From positions 8,556,001-8,620,000 of the forward strand of contig NC_083228.1 in the NCBI RefSeq assembly GCF_032191835.1: a DNA stretch of 64,000 bases, read 5' to 3'. The notes below the pieces were generated by a model that did no database searches, was not told where the DNA came from, and worked only from the letters and a program-made list of their open reading frames with translations. Below, in pieces: positions 11,560-24,256 of this stretch (positions within the stretch are counted from its first letter, which is position 1; each line of letters opens with the position of its first letter). The DNA is from Heteronotia binoei (Eukaryota). Both the position numbers and the translations under genes were made by a program.

Positions 11560-12739
11560 CCAGGTGCCCCCCCCTCCCCCCAAACAACAGATCCTGTTGT
11601 GGGCCCCACCAAACAGCCCTGGGGAAGGGCCAGTTTCTTTGACTTGCCTTGTTTTTAGAACCCCATCCAGACCACCTCCTGTTGCTTCCATTGCTTTTAG
11701 TAGGAGAGGTTAGGATGGATTTTGATGGCCTTGCCAATCGGTGCCCTTGCCAAATCCAAGCCCATTTAATCCCTTGTTTTTTTCTCCCTGAGAAATGTGG
11801 CCTGGATCACTCCAGCAATTGTGGGAAGGGGAAATAATGTGGGAGGGGAGTTGTAGATGGGGGGGGGAGTAGCTGCTGTGAATGAAACAACCCCAATATT
11901 AAGGATTATGTCCCTTCCCCAGAACTTCCAGCCGTGAAGCCCTTTCCAAATTTGCTGGTCTCTCAGCGCCTTTCTAGGAAATCCATCTGTTTCTCAAGGG
12001 AAGGCCTTTTGCTTCCCCAAAATTGAGCTTCTCTGCTCTGCCACTGAAGCGCTCTGTGGGATCTTGGGCCAGTCACACCCTCAGCCTGGCCCACCTCACA
12101 GGGGGGTTGTGAGGATCAAATGGGAAAAGGGAGAATGTGTTATACCACTCTAGCTTGCCATTGGGGACCAAAGTGGGGGGGGGGTAAAAATGAAGGGAAT
12201 CGTACTGGTCTTTAAGGTGCATCCACTAGACCTTGCTTTCCTATGGGATGTTTAGGCCAGATTCTTTGTGGAGTGAGCACACAGAATCCAGCAGTCAGGG
12301 CGCCGCTCGTGAGCAGTGTTCCCTCTGAGTTAGTGTGAGCTAGCTCACCATTTTTTAGTCTCCAGCTCACACATTTTTGTCTCAGCTCAGGAAAAAGGGA
12401 CCCAGAGCGTACTAATTTATGCAGGAGCTCACCACTTTAATGGCAGTAGCTCACAAAGTAGAATTTCTGCTCACGAGACTCCACAGCTCAGAGGGAACAT
12501 CGCTCATGAGGTATCCTCCCTGGTTTTCCCCCTATTCTTCAGGCCCTGAATGTGAATTCTGGAGGCAGCCACAGAAGGAAGCAGACCACAGTCACATAGC
12601 AACAGGTGGACGTGATGAGCAATGTAAATGATGTTTATAATGTGATGCACTTACATTGCACTTGAAGGATTGAGTTCCATTGTCACCTCTGCTTTAAATA
12701 TATTATTAATTTAGAGTCTTGGGTATTGTAATCAGCGAA

Positions 12740-13775
12740 ATGTACTGACATTTAATGGGCATATTTTGCATTTCACAAATCTAAAACTGGTACTTCATTC
12801 CTCTCAACTGGGAAGGAATCCAGAGGTCTCAGAAAGGCCGATCTCTTCAGAATCCTCTTCAGGTCTTGTGAAACCTTTTACAGTCTCTATCTTTAACTTT
12901 TTTACTTGGGCTAAGAGGACACAAGAGAAGTGTTTGGCGAATATCTTCTCCTCCAATCAAAATATTCTTCTGTTGTGTTTCAGGAGCAACTTAAGAGACC
13001 AACAAGATTTTCAGAGTAGAAAGTTTAACTCTTTTTTTTAATAACTTAAATTTTATTAAATTTTTATACTAGTCAATCAGCAACACTTATAGAATATTGC
13101 CCATCAAAGGTAAAGGAATAGCAATGAAAAACAAACTGCAGACTGTCAATATAGTAAATGAAGTATTGTGGAGAGCAAGAAAATTCTTAGTCCTGGGAAT
13201 CTGGATAGCAACTGAGACAGAAAATCCATCTATTTAGGCTTCAGGAAACAGATCAGGAATTTCAACAATTTTGGGAGAAGGATGCATTTTTTTCAAAAAC
13301 AAGAGGGAGAGAAAATCTCCTGCAAAAGTGTCCTATAACATCTTTCCAGTGAAATGGCCCAAGGCAGAGAGTATCTAACTCAGACTGCAGGAATGACCTC
13401 CATTGTGATTCAAGGGGCCCCACCCAGGAAAGAATCCTCCAGATTGTAGGCCCATTTGCACTCAGGTATAATGGGGAGATAGATAAGGGACCTCTGAGTC
13501 ACCCTCTGAAGCACAAGAGACCCTCAGGGATGGTGCCAAATCACCCTCCATGCTTATCTCCCATTGAAGGATGATTAAGGTGTTGCCTCTCAGGAGGACT
13601 ATAAGAGCTTGGCCCCAACCCAGCTTCCCTCATCCAGGGATCCTGCTCTAGAAGAAGACCTGGTCCTGCTGTGATCTAGCCGAGAGGCTTTGCCCTAAAT
13701 TCAACTGAACAAAGAGCCAACTTCTCTCCACAGAAGCCTGACAAGATAGAAGCTGTTGCTGGAGGAGGTAAGCAG
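12740..13775 (+). promoter_or_regulatory. Duplicated module, copy B2
   Basis: Homologous to copy A, and in reverse to 44340-44570. ATTTGCAC (~13454), TGAGTCA (13495-13501), TATAAG (13600-13605), donor GAG|GTAAGC at 13767/13768. Confidence 0.55.
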
Positions 13776-14089
13776 GGGTGCCAGATAATTGTTGGCGGGG
13801 GGTGGTGGTGGTCTGGGGGTAGAATCTTCCTGGTCCCTCCAAGCTGCAGAGTCTTGTGAGTAAAAATTCTACTTTCTAAGCTACTGGTATTAAAGCTGTG
13901 AGCTACTGGCATGAAAGTTGTGAGCTCCTGTATAAATCATTGTGCTCTGGAGCCATTTTTCCTGAGCTGAGACAAACGTGTGTGAGCCGGAAGCTAAAAA
14001 TCTGTGAGCTAGCTCCCGCTAACTCAGTTCAGAGGGAACACTGCTCCTAGGTCATGTGGCTTCACTGGAATTATCCGTTCATTGAACAA

Positions 14090-15135
14090 GCTATGTTGAG
14101 AACAAAGCAAGAGTCAAGTAGGACCTTTAAGATCGACAAAGTTTTATTCAGGAGGAAGAAGAACACTTTATCAGACAGTAGGATGGAATGGCCAGCAGTC
14201 CTAAAAGTAGAGAAAGTGGGCAGTGAGTTAGTATGTAGAGTCATGGAAATGTTTTTAGCAGATTAAAAGAATAGCAAATTGGGGGTCTGGTGTTTGTTAG
14301 TTTGTGTTAATGAAGGGTAATATAAATTGGAATAGCAGATTGATGTCCATGTACTAAACCCGTTAAGTATCCTGGGTGTGAAGTGCAATAAATGAGAGTC
14401 TGTTGTAATGTTAGCTCTGGGTTAAAATGAGGGCAGAGGTTTCTCAGAGGTTTGATTTCAACACGTAATGCACATATAAACATAATTCTAGTTTGCCATT
14501 AGAAAAAAGAATACGTTAACATATAGTGGAAGACGGGTTAGTATATCTAATGAGAGAAACAGCCAGTATCCCTATTTTAATATGTCAATACAAAAAAAAC
14601 ATTCTTCTGATACACTATCCTAAAAGAGAAATACATTGGAATACTGTGAATATATAGGTATACTTAGTGAAAGTGGGTTTAGCATCTGTAATGAGATTAA
14701 AAAAACAATATCCCTGTTCAGTCCTGGGAAAGTGTTTGTTCCAAGTTTCATAATAATTTGTAATTCAGCAATTTCCCTCTCCATTCTGTTCTTGATGTTC
14801 CATTGGGTTTAGTACATAGACATCAGCCTGCTATTCCAACTTATATTACCCTTCGTTGTTGTTTCAGCCCAGTTAACACTAACTAACACCAGACCCCAAC
14901 TTGTGACTCTTTTAATCTGCTAAAAAATATTTCCATGACTGTGCATACTAGCTCACTGCCCACTTCCTCTCTATTTAGGACTTCCTGCCATTGCATCCTA
15001 TGGTCTGGTGAAGTGTGCTTAGAGCACATGAAAGCGTGCATTCTGAATAACAAATTGTTGGTCTTAAAGGTGCCACTTGACTTTTGCTTTGTTCTGCTGC
15101 TTCAGACCCACACGGCTGCCCACCTGGATCTAAGC
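14090..15135. mobile_element. Penelope-like element fragment with long inverted arms
   Basis: About 14095-14365 is an inverted copy of about 14790-15100. Carries the terminal motif CTTCAGACCCACACGGCTGCCCAC also seen near 26910, 35430 and 62020. Family name from recall. Confidence 0.65.
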
Positions 15136-15149
15136 TATGTTCAGGTGGC

Positions 15150-15740
15150 TCCTGCTGGTTTAGAAAACTTGGATGGGGGATAAGAGGGGTTCATGGAGGT
15201 GCAAAAGTCCCAGAGGGGCCAGTAGCCAACCAGGGCCTCCATGCTCAAGGGCAGTCTGTTCTTAAATGCTGGTCTTTGGGGAGCAGCTTTTGGGGGTGGC
15301 TGTTTCCTCCATTCCCCGGGGAAGTCAAGTGGAGATTTTAAAGGCCAGCCCTTAAAGGCAAGCTGTCGGATCCCGACATATGTTTTTGCGGACTAAAAAG
15401 ATTACCTGGGGAAAGGAAGGCTAGAAACATCCAAAATTTGAGCAAAACCCCAGTTTTTTCTTCTGTAAGTGGGCAAAAGAACCCCCTGGGTTTGAAACTG
15501 CAATTGGAGGGTGGGAGTTCTGTTTTCATGGTTTCTGCGGCCCAAGAGAAAACAGCCTTTTCTTCTCAGGGAGATTTGGTGGGGCTTTGCTATACAAATG
15601 CATTCAGGACTGAAATTCTTATGAGCATGTTTCCACTCCCATGCAAAATGACAGCAGTCCAAGCCTGTTGATCCCGTGTCTTTACCCTGGAACAACAATG
15701 CTTGGATTGCCATGTTCATTTGGTCTGCGTGATACAACAA
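15150..15740 (+). promoter_or_regulatory. Duplicated module, copy B1
   Basis: Reverse-homologous to 30940-31700. Donor TCT|GTAAGT at 15465-15470. 47-codon ORF at 15528-15671 is collinear with 31439-31296. Confidence 0.55.
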
Positions 15741-16149
15741 ATAATAATGGGAGTGACTGTTTAAAGCAGTTTGTAGGAAAAGCCGACACTCAGGCAAACA
15801 ATACACTAATGATTGTACACAATTGACGTCCTGGATATAATTAATTGATTGACGGTTAGCCTGTATGAATAATACATGACATTATGATATTAATTATAAT
15901 GCAATTCATTTTAGTTCACATGTGATTAATGTAGAATTATGTGTCATATTTTAGAGCCCTAACCACTGTGTAAGAAAAAACTGAAATGGAGAAGAAAAAT
16001 ATCTAGGACCTTCGTTTGGAACTGGGCTATAAGACCACTGTGTTGGACACAATTATTTAATAATTAATAATTATTATTAGTGTATTTTTTTGCCTAAGTG
16101 TTGGGATTTCCTACAAACCATTTGGACTATGTGACATGAGAGTCATATT

Positions 16150-16286
16150 ATCCAATGAGGATCCTGTGAATTTAGGGGGAGATATTTGTGAGTTTCCTGC
16201 ATTGTGCAGGGGGTTGGACTAGATGACCCTGGAGTCCCTTCCAACTCTGTGATTCCAACTATATGATTCCAACTCTATGATTCTAT
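16150..16286 (+). mobile_element. CR1 LINE 3' end
   Basis: GGACTAGATGACCCTGGAG...CCTTCCAACTCT and GATTCTAT-type tail, matching 39900-40016. Confidence 0.85.
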
Positions 16287-16382
16287 CCCCAGGTGTCAAT
16301 TTTAAATTGTAGCTATAAACATACTTATTCCTTTCTAAATCCTGTCAAAAAGATTCGGTTTCCGAGACGCTTCGGAGGCAAG

Positions 16383-16982
16383 ATGGCGTCGGGCAGTGGG
16401 ACTAAAAACCTGGACTTCCGCAGGAAGTGGGACAAAGATGAGTATGAAAAGCTTGCGGAGAAACGGCTCACGGAAGAGAGAGAGAAGAAAGATGGCAAGC
16501 CAGTACAGCCTGTCAAGCGAGAGCTTCTTCGGCACCGAGACTACAAGGTGGACCTGGAATCCAAACTGGGGAAAACCATTGTTATCACCAAAACAACTCC
16601 TCAGTCTGAGATGGGCGGGTATTATTGTAATGTCTGTGACTGTGTAGTGAAAGATTCTATCAACTTCTTGGATCATATCAATGGCAAAAAACATCAGAGG
16701 AACCTGGGCATGTCAATGAGAGTCGAGCGCTCGACGCTGGATCAAGTGAAGAAGCGCTTTGAAGTGAACAAGAAGAAAATGGAGGAGAAGCAGAAGGATT
16801 ATGACTTTGAGGAGAGGATGAAAGAGCTCCGAGAAGAGGAGGAAAAGGCCAAAGCCTACAAGAAAGAGAAACAGAGGGAGAAGAAGAGGAGGGCGGAGGA
16901 AGACTTGACGTTTGAGGAGGATGATGAGATGGCGGCCGTGATGGGCTTTTCTGCGTTTGGCTCGACCAAGAAGAGCCACTGA
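16383..16982 (+). CDS. ZMAT2: Intronless ZMAT2 (Snu23 homologue) retrocopy, full length 199 aa
   Basis: [29 protein letters not shown]...[25 protein letters not shown]...GSTKKSH. Zinc ligands intact, no introns, short CpG-rich leader, 3' UTR with AATAAA. Confidence 0.95.
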   Translation: MASGSGTKNLDFRRKWDKDEYEKLAEKRLTEEREKKDGKPVQPVKRELLRHRDYKVDLESKLGKTIVITKTTPQSEMGGYYCNVCDCVVKDSINFLDHINGKKHQRNLGMSMRVERSTLDQVKKRFEVNKKKMEEKQKDYDFEERMKELREEEEKAKAYKKEKQREKKRRAEEDLTFEEDDEMAAVMGFSAFGSTKKSH

Positions 16983-17306
16983 GCGGCCTTGGGACTTTTC
17001 CTCTCGACCGAGCTTGTTTCTGACCAGGTGACACTTGAAAACCCCTGGAAGATTTTGCAGGGAATTTCTACCTAAATGCCCCGAGAGGCAGTGGCATTGG
17101 GAGCTGGGAAGCCAGAGGGGAAAAAACATAGAATTTGAAGAATATAAATGGGAGGAGGCTCACAAGGAAGCTGGAATTAAGCAGAATTCTTTTGCCTTAT
17201 GCAAGAGAAAACAAATTTCTGTAAGCAAAATTGTTTCCATGCACTGGGCTTAAAAAAGTGAATTATCGCTTAACATTATAACTATGTTTTGTAAGCAAAG
17301 ATCATA

Positions 17307-17312
17307 AATAAA
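17307..17312 (+). terminator. Polyadenylation signal of the ZMAT2 copy
   Basis: AATAAA 325 nt after the stop codon. Confidence 0.55.
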
Positions 17313-18054
17313 AGCTTATTTTTTAAACTTTGTTTTCTTTTTTAAAAAATCTTTTATTATACATATAAAACCAAACACGTGTAACATTAATACAAAGTCT
17401 ATTTCCTCTCCAGTTAATAGAATTTTCATCATTTATCTATCAGACATTTAAAATCTAATTAATTAAAAATTATGTGTCAGACAGACAAATAATGCCCCCC
17501 CCCCCCAAGTCTAAGTATTTCTTAGGAACTGAGGAGTTCTGGCACAAATCTGGGCAAAAGAAAGGTCTTAATCCAATTTAATTTTTCTAAAAATGTATTT
17601 GTAATTGTAGTAGCAGTCCATTCCATTGTGTTTTCTTTTTTTAAAAAGTCTGCATAGGATTGCATAATGAATCCCTCAGGCTGCTTTTGAACATAGACGG
17701 AATCAGACGGTTGGATGGGCATCCAGGAGGTCACTGCAGATGCTCCTTTTACATTTAGTAAAAACTTTTAAAAGAATCATACAAATCTTTCATCACATTA
17801 TAAAGAAATAGAACCTTACAAAAAAAAAATCCCAGGCAGTGAGGACCCGGATGTAGGCTTGCCAATGTGAGGTGTAAATCTATAAATTTAGTTAAGGAAT
17901 AGATATTCTCTTTTGATCTTTAAATCATTTATATCTGTTTACATCTAGAGCAGGGGTGTCCAACTTGCAATTTGGGGGCCGAATCAGGCCCTCGGAGGGC
18001 TCCTATCAGGCCTCTGAGCAACTGGCTGTCATCTGCCTCCTTCTCCCTCTCTAC

Positions 18055-18435
18055 GCCAGTTTGGTGTAGTGGTTAAGTGTGCGGACTCTTATCTGGGAGA
18101 ACCGGGTTTGATTCCCCACTCCTCCACTTGCACCTGCTGGCATGGCCTTGGGTCAGCCAGAGCTCTGGCAGAGGTTGTCCTTGAAAGGGCAGCTGCTGGG
18201 AAAGCCCTCTTGGCCCCACCCACCTCACGGGGTGTCTGTTGTTGGGGAGGAAGGGAAAGGAGATTGTGAGCCACTCTGAGACTCTTCAGAGTGGAGGGCG
18301 GGATATAAATCCAATATCTTCACCTATCTCACAGGGTGTCTGTTGTGGGGGGGGGGGGAAGGTAAAGGAGATTGTGAGCCGCTCTGAGACTCTTTGGAGT
18401 GGAGGGTAGGATATAAATCCAATATCTCTTCTTCT
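18055..18435 (+). mobile_element. Squam3-type tRNA-derived SINE with duplicated tail, nested in a MITE-like repeat (~17952-18935)
   Basis: CCAGTTTGGTGTAGTGGTTAAG...GGACTCTTATCTGGGAGAACCGGG head and (TTC)n tail. Other copies at 18965-19245(-), 20860-21135(-), 58270-58510, 61335-61590 and 62190-62370(-). Confidence 0.8.
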
Positions 18436-21239
18436 TCTTGCTTCCTTCTGCATAACAGCTTGCTTTGCAAGGCTTGCTCAATTGCACAGGAGCTACAGAG
18501 CAAAACCTCTATTTTCTCCATTGGCTGAGGCTTCTCCCTTGGGGAGGAGAGGGGGGGAAGAATAGCTTGCTTTGCCAGGCTCTCTCAATTGCAAAGCAGA
18601 GCTACTGAGCCAAGCATCTCTCCCTTCTACTGGCTGAGGCTCCTCTCCCCCCCACAGTCCCCTGGGGAAGGAAGGAAAGAGCCAGAGCTTCCTTTGCCCA
18701 GTTCCCTGGATGCTATGGAAGAAATAAAAAGAAAGCATCTTTAAAACCAATGAGTGCTAATGTTTTAAGCATGTTTTAAGTTTTTTTTAAAAAAAAGTAT
18801 TTGTTTGTGTCCTTTATAAAGTTTATATATCTGTTATCTAATCTTAAATAGCTACACACATGGCCCAGCCCAGCACAGCCTGGCCCAACAAGGTCTCCGG
18901 CCCTCATAACGAATGAGCTTGACACCCCTGATGTAGAGTTTCTGTTTTACAAAGTACAAACCTACTTAAGAAGAAGAAGATATTGGATTTATATCCCGCC
19001 CTCCACTCCGAAGAGTCTCCGAGCGGCTCACAATCTCCTTTACCTTCCTCCCCCACAACAGACACCCTGTGAGGTGGGTGGGGCTAAGAGAGCTCTTACA
19101 GCAGCTGCCCTTTCAAGGACAACCTCTGCCAGGGCTATGGCTAACCCAAGGCCATTCCAGCAGGTGCAAGTGGAGGAGTGGGGAATCAAACCCGGTTCTC
19201 CCAGATAAGAGTCCACACACTTAACCACTACACCAAACTGGCTCTCTTAGGATCTTTTCTTCATTTGTGAAGGGAGGGGGAGAACCTACAGTCGCTCTGC
19301 AAAACCGGATGGGAAAAGAATTCTTAGCCGAAGGACCGAAATCTGTTAAAGACTGGTTCCAGATCACACTGGCTGGTTCCCTTCATCAGATGCAAATTGC
19401 CAGATCTGGCGACTTCCTTTCGTTTATGGGCTGTTTGTGAGGGGGGTGGGGAAGAGAAGGGTGTCCTACTTGGGAATCCAGCTCCTGGCATTTCTACCAG
19501 CATGTTTAGGGCTGCCAAGTCCAATTCAAGAAATATCTGGGGACTTTGGGGGTGGAGCCAGGGGACTTTGGGGGTGGAGCCATAAGCAAAGTTGTGACGA
19601 GCACAACTGAACTCCAAAGGGAGTTCTGGCCATCACATTTAAGGGGACCACATACCTTTTTAATGCCTTCCTTACATTTGAAATAATGAAGGATAGGGGC
19701 ACCTTCTTTCGGGGCTCATAGAATTTGACCCCCTGGTCCAATCCTTTTGAGGAGAGCATTTTGAGGAGGCTCATCAGATGCTACGCTGAAAATTTGGTAC
19801 CTCTACCACAAAAAACTGCCCCTCCAGCACCCCAGATACCCCGGGATTAATTCTCCATTCTACCCTATGGCCCAGCAGACATTTCCCTCCCTCCCCCTGC
19901 CCCCATTTCTGATGACCCTGAAGCTCCCCTGCCCCCACCTGAGGGTTGGCATCTCTACTCATGAGTTGCTGAACTTCCAAGTTTTTCTCAGTACCACAGG
20001 GCAACCAAAGGTTCAAGTTCACCTTCACACTATGCAAAGGAGCTCTGCAAGGATTGTGCAACCAGCAGAGGGTCTGGGCTCCTTTCACAGCCATGTTGTT
20101 CTGCCTTCTCCCCGCCTGCCCTTCAGCCTTAAAGACGCAGACACCCCATCCCAAGAGGAAGGCTTTTTCAAGTAGAGACTGAAGCCTCCGGAGGTGGAAA
20201 GGCACATGGTGGCTGTGGGGGTGGGGCTTCCCCCCTGCCGGCCAGCTGACTGGGGGCGGGAAGGAGCCTGGGAAAGCGGGAGAACCCCCGCTGGGAGCTG
20301 GGGATTGGCAAGCCTAAGCGTGTTACAGGTGAAAAGCAGTGGCTGAGAACTCGCACCCCAGTAATCAGCTGTAAAACACCATCCCTCCTTTGTCCCATTC
20401 AAAATCCCCCCTCCCCTGCTGAGGAATTGAGGGGCATCAAGTGATGACCCCTCCCAGCCAGGGGTGCAGAAAGACACCTGAGGAGAGAGGGGAGGGGCAG
20501 GCAGCGCGGAGTCTGCTGCTATCCAGAGGGATGAAGAAGGGCTGCCATGTTACTCTGTCTGCAGCCGTAGAAAAGTGTAAGAGTCAAGAAGCACCTGAAA
20601 GGCCAACACACTTGGGGGGGGGGGTGGATACAACTGTATACAACTGTATCTGAAGAAGTGAGCAGCGACTCATCAACACTCCCGCCCTGCCACAAATGTT
20701 GTTAGTCTTTAAATTGCTCCTGGACTCCTGGACTCTCACGCTTTTCTACGCGTATCCGGCTGGAAAGTCTCCTAGGAATCCTGTGCAACCTGAGAAAGGA
20801 TTCTGTGTCTGTATCTCAAAAAATATGTATTTGTTGTGGGAAGGCATTTATTTTTTGAAGAAGACTACAGATTTATACCCTGCCCTTCTCTCTGAATCAG
20901 AGTCTCAGAGCGACTTACAATCTCCTTTATCCTCTCCCCCCACAACAGACACCCTGTGAGGAGGGTGGGGGCTGAGAGAGCTCTGACAGAAGCTGCCCTT
21001 TCAAAGACAACTTCTGCGAGAGCGATGGCTGATCCAAGGCCATTCCAGCAGGTGCAAATGGTGGAGTGAGGAATCAAACCCGGTTCTCCCAGATAAGAGT
21101 CCACACACTTAACCACTACACCAAACTGGCTTTTTTGAAAAGAAAAAAAGTCTGACTTTGTAAATTAATCTCAAAAAAGAAGTACACAGAAGTCAGCCTG
21201 GTGAGGACTAAATTTTCTCCAGAAGGGAGACCCTCAGCT

Positions 21240-21770
21240 AAAGGGATGGAGAAAGTAGAGAAAGAAGTCCTTTTCTCCCTTTCTCACAATACAAGAACTC
21301 GTGGGCATTCAATGAAATTGCTGAGCAGTCGAGTTAGAATGGATAAAAGGAAGTACCGGTACTTCTTCACACAAAGGGTGATTAACATGTGGAATTCACT
21401 GCCACAGGAGGTGGTGGCGGCTGCAAGCATAGACAGCTTCTAGAGGGGACTGGATAAAAATATGGCGCAGAGGTCCATCAGTGGCTATTAGCCACAGTAT
21501 ATTATTGGATCTGTCTGGGGCAGTGATGCTCTGTATGCTTGGTGCTTGGGTGGGGGGGCGGGCAAAGTGGAAGGGCTTCTAGACCCACTTGTGAACCTTC
21601 TGATGGCACTTGGGTTTTTGTTTTGTTTTTTGCCACTGTGTGACACAGTGTTGGACTGGATGGGCCTTTGGCCTGATCCAACATGGCTTCTCTTATGTTC
21701 TTACGTGACACAGAGTGTTGGACTGGATGGGCCTTTGGCCTGATCCAGCATGGCTTCTCTTATGTTCTTA
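21240..21770 (+). mobile_element. CR1-clade LINE 3' fragment with duplicated terminus
   Basis: Encodes RTRGHSMKL...RKYFFTQRVINMWNSLPQEVV and ends CTTCTCTTATGTTCTTA. Same family at 62850-63370. Confidence 0.8.
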
Positions 21771-22389
21771 ACTAAGGGGGAAAGAACGGGGAGGGGGGAG
21801 AGGAAAGAACAGCCAGCAAGTTTAAAGAATCTCAAAATTGTCTTCCCTCCCCAGTGATTCTTCACAGGACTCTTGGTTTACAATTTCTCTGCCTCTTAAA
21901 CCAGCCCAGTTTGAGTAAGCTGATTTCTAAGGAGAGCTCAGACAAAAATCCAGATTTTTAAGGGCAGCTGATGCTTTCTGAGAAGTCTGTCAAATCTGTA
22001 GCATAAATATTATCCACCCAACTGGCAAAAGTTCTCTGCTGAAGCTGCCACCATCTCAGACCTAGGCCACGAGAGAATGAGTTACCTCGTCTTCATTTGC
22101 CAAGCATTTCTCCCTCTTCCTCTATCACAGTCTAAGTGAGAGAAACAAACTCCTGGGGCTGAACTCACCTTGCTCCTAAAGGTCACGTCAAGGCAGGCTC
22201 CTCAGCAGGGAGGAATGGTGATGCCTCATAACGAGAGAGAGACCACAATATCATACTGCTAAGGGGGAGGGGTACCTCAGGCCTTCATAAGTAAAGAAAG
22301 TAGGGTGGGGAAAGGAACGATGTGTGTATCTGTTGGTCTTTGCTCAGTTTCAGGGAGGACAGACACAGTGAGAGACAGAAAGTCCTATG

Positions 22390-23625
22390 AATGAAGACAT
22401 GTCTTTCCTCAGGGATGCATCCTGATGGGCTCCTCCAACCAGGAGGGGAAACCTGCCTCATAATGAGGAACTGTGACCTGGATGAAGTCATGGGTCTCCT
22501 CAGGGACACATCCTGATGGGCTCCTCTCAACCAGGAGGGGTGACCCTGCCTCATAATGAGAAACTGTGACATGGATGAAGTCATGGGTCTCCTCAGGGAC
22601 ACATCCTGATGGGCTCCTCCAACCAGGAGGGGTGACCCTGCCTCATAATGAGGAACTGTGACATGGATGAAGTCATGGGTCTTCTCAGGGACACATCCTG
22701 ATGGGCTCCTCTCAAATAGGAGGGGTGACCCTGCCTCATAATGAGGAACTGTGACATGGCTGAAGTCATGGGTCTCCTCAGGGACACATCCTGATGGTCT
22801 CCTCTCAAACAGGAGGGGTGACCCTGCCTCATAATGAGGAACTGTGACCTGGATGAAGTCATGGGTCTCCTCAGGGACACATCCTGATGGGTTCCTCTCA
22901 AACACGAGGGGTGACCCTGCCTCATAATGAGGAACTGTGACCTGGATGAAGTCATGGGTCTCCTCAGGGACACATCCTGATGGGTTCCTCTCAAACAGGA
23001 GGGGTGACCCTGCCTCATAATGAGGAACTGTGACCTGGATGAAGTCATGGGTCTCCTCAGGGACACATCCTGATGGGTTCCTCTCAAACAGGAGGGGTGA
23101 CCCTGCCTCATAATGAGGAACTGTGACATGGATGAAGTCATGGGTCTCCTCAGGGACACATCCTGATGGTCTCCTCTCAAACACGAGGGGTGACCCTGCC
23201 TCATAATGAGAAACTGTGACCTGGATGAAGTCATGGGTCTCCTCAGGGACACATCCTGATGGGTTCCTCTCAAACAGGAGGGGTGACCCTGCCTCATAAT
23301 GAGGAACTGTGACCTGGATGAAGTCATGGGTCTCCTCAGGGACACATCCTGATGGTCTCCTCTCAAACACGAGGGGTGACCCTGCCTCATAATGAGAAAC
23401 TGTGACATGGATGAAGTCATGGGTCTCCTCAGGGACACATCCTGATGGTCTCCTCTCAAACACGAGGGGTGACCCTGCCTCATAATGAGAAACTGTGACC
23501 TGGATGAAGTCATGGTTCTTCTCAGGGACACATCCTGAGGGCTCCTCTCAACCAGGAGGGGTGACCCTGCCTCATAATGAGGAACTGTGACATGGATGAA
23601 GTCATGGTTCTTCTCAGGGACACAT
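22390..23625. repeat. 93-bp tandem repeat, about 13 copies
   Basis: Unit starts recur 93 nt apart (e.g. 22811, 22904). Explains the 31-aa periodic ORFs on the minus strand. Confidence 0.95.
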
Positions 23626-23918
23626 CCCCCGGCTCTTGTGACCTCAGAGGCCTGGTCACAGAGGAGGGCTGGGCTGACGGGGGAGAGGCTGCTGCTGCTA
23701 GGGGAGGCAGGGGGGCTGAAGTCCTGGCCTGTCCCCACAGAACCCATCCCCTGGCCCTTGTGGCCTCAGAGGCCTGGTCACAGAGGAGGGCTGGGCTGAC
23801 TGGGGAGAGGCTGCTCCTCTCTATATATATTTCTCTCTGAAAGGTTACAGCTTTTCTGGCAGGCCGCGTTTTACAGTTAACATCACAAAACATCCCAGTG
23901 TTTTTTCCAAGGTAATTG

Positions 23919-23924
23919 TTTATT
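23919..23924 (-). terminator. AATAAA downstream of the KIN17 copy
   Basis: Plus-strand TTTATT about 330 nt beyond the KIN-frame stop. Confidence 0.45.
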
Positions 23925-24256
23925 GAAATGTTGCAAAAGAAGCCAAAAACAGAATGCAGAAGTAAAACTAGAAAATGCGACAATCAAGGGTATGTAGAAT
24001 TCAAATTATAACTATACAATGGAACCACTTTAATGTTAGCAGTAGTAGGAACCAGAATTTTAAGTACTGAGTACAGTAAGGATAACCCCCCTCCCTCCAG
24101 TTTAAGTGAGCTAGAACAAATACCATTAAATAAACCAATCCTAAAGTTTGTTAAGGGGATCAGACAGAAAGCTTTCATCCAAGACTGCTTTTCTTGCTCG
24201 CTTGCGTCTGCAAACAAATTGTAAAAGTCCAGCTGTGGTACAGTGGCAGTCACAGC

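Noticed and set aside
19310-19390. KSVKDWFQIT, resembling homeodomain helix 3
   Set aside because: N51 and R53 are absent, spacing from the LA motif is 3 residues short, and there is no matching acceptor.
19990-20130. GRRQNNMAVKGAQT, resembling the DUX4 N-terminal arm
   Set aside because: No nucleotide similarity to the local homeobox exons and no helix core residues downstream.
22285-23747. 392-aa and 384-aa minus-strand ORFs
   Set aside because: They result from a stop-free 93-bp unit. Two overlapping frames are open and there is no recognisable domain.
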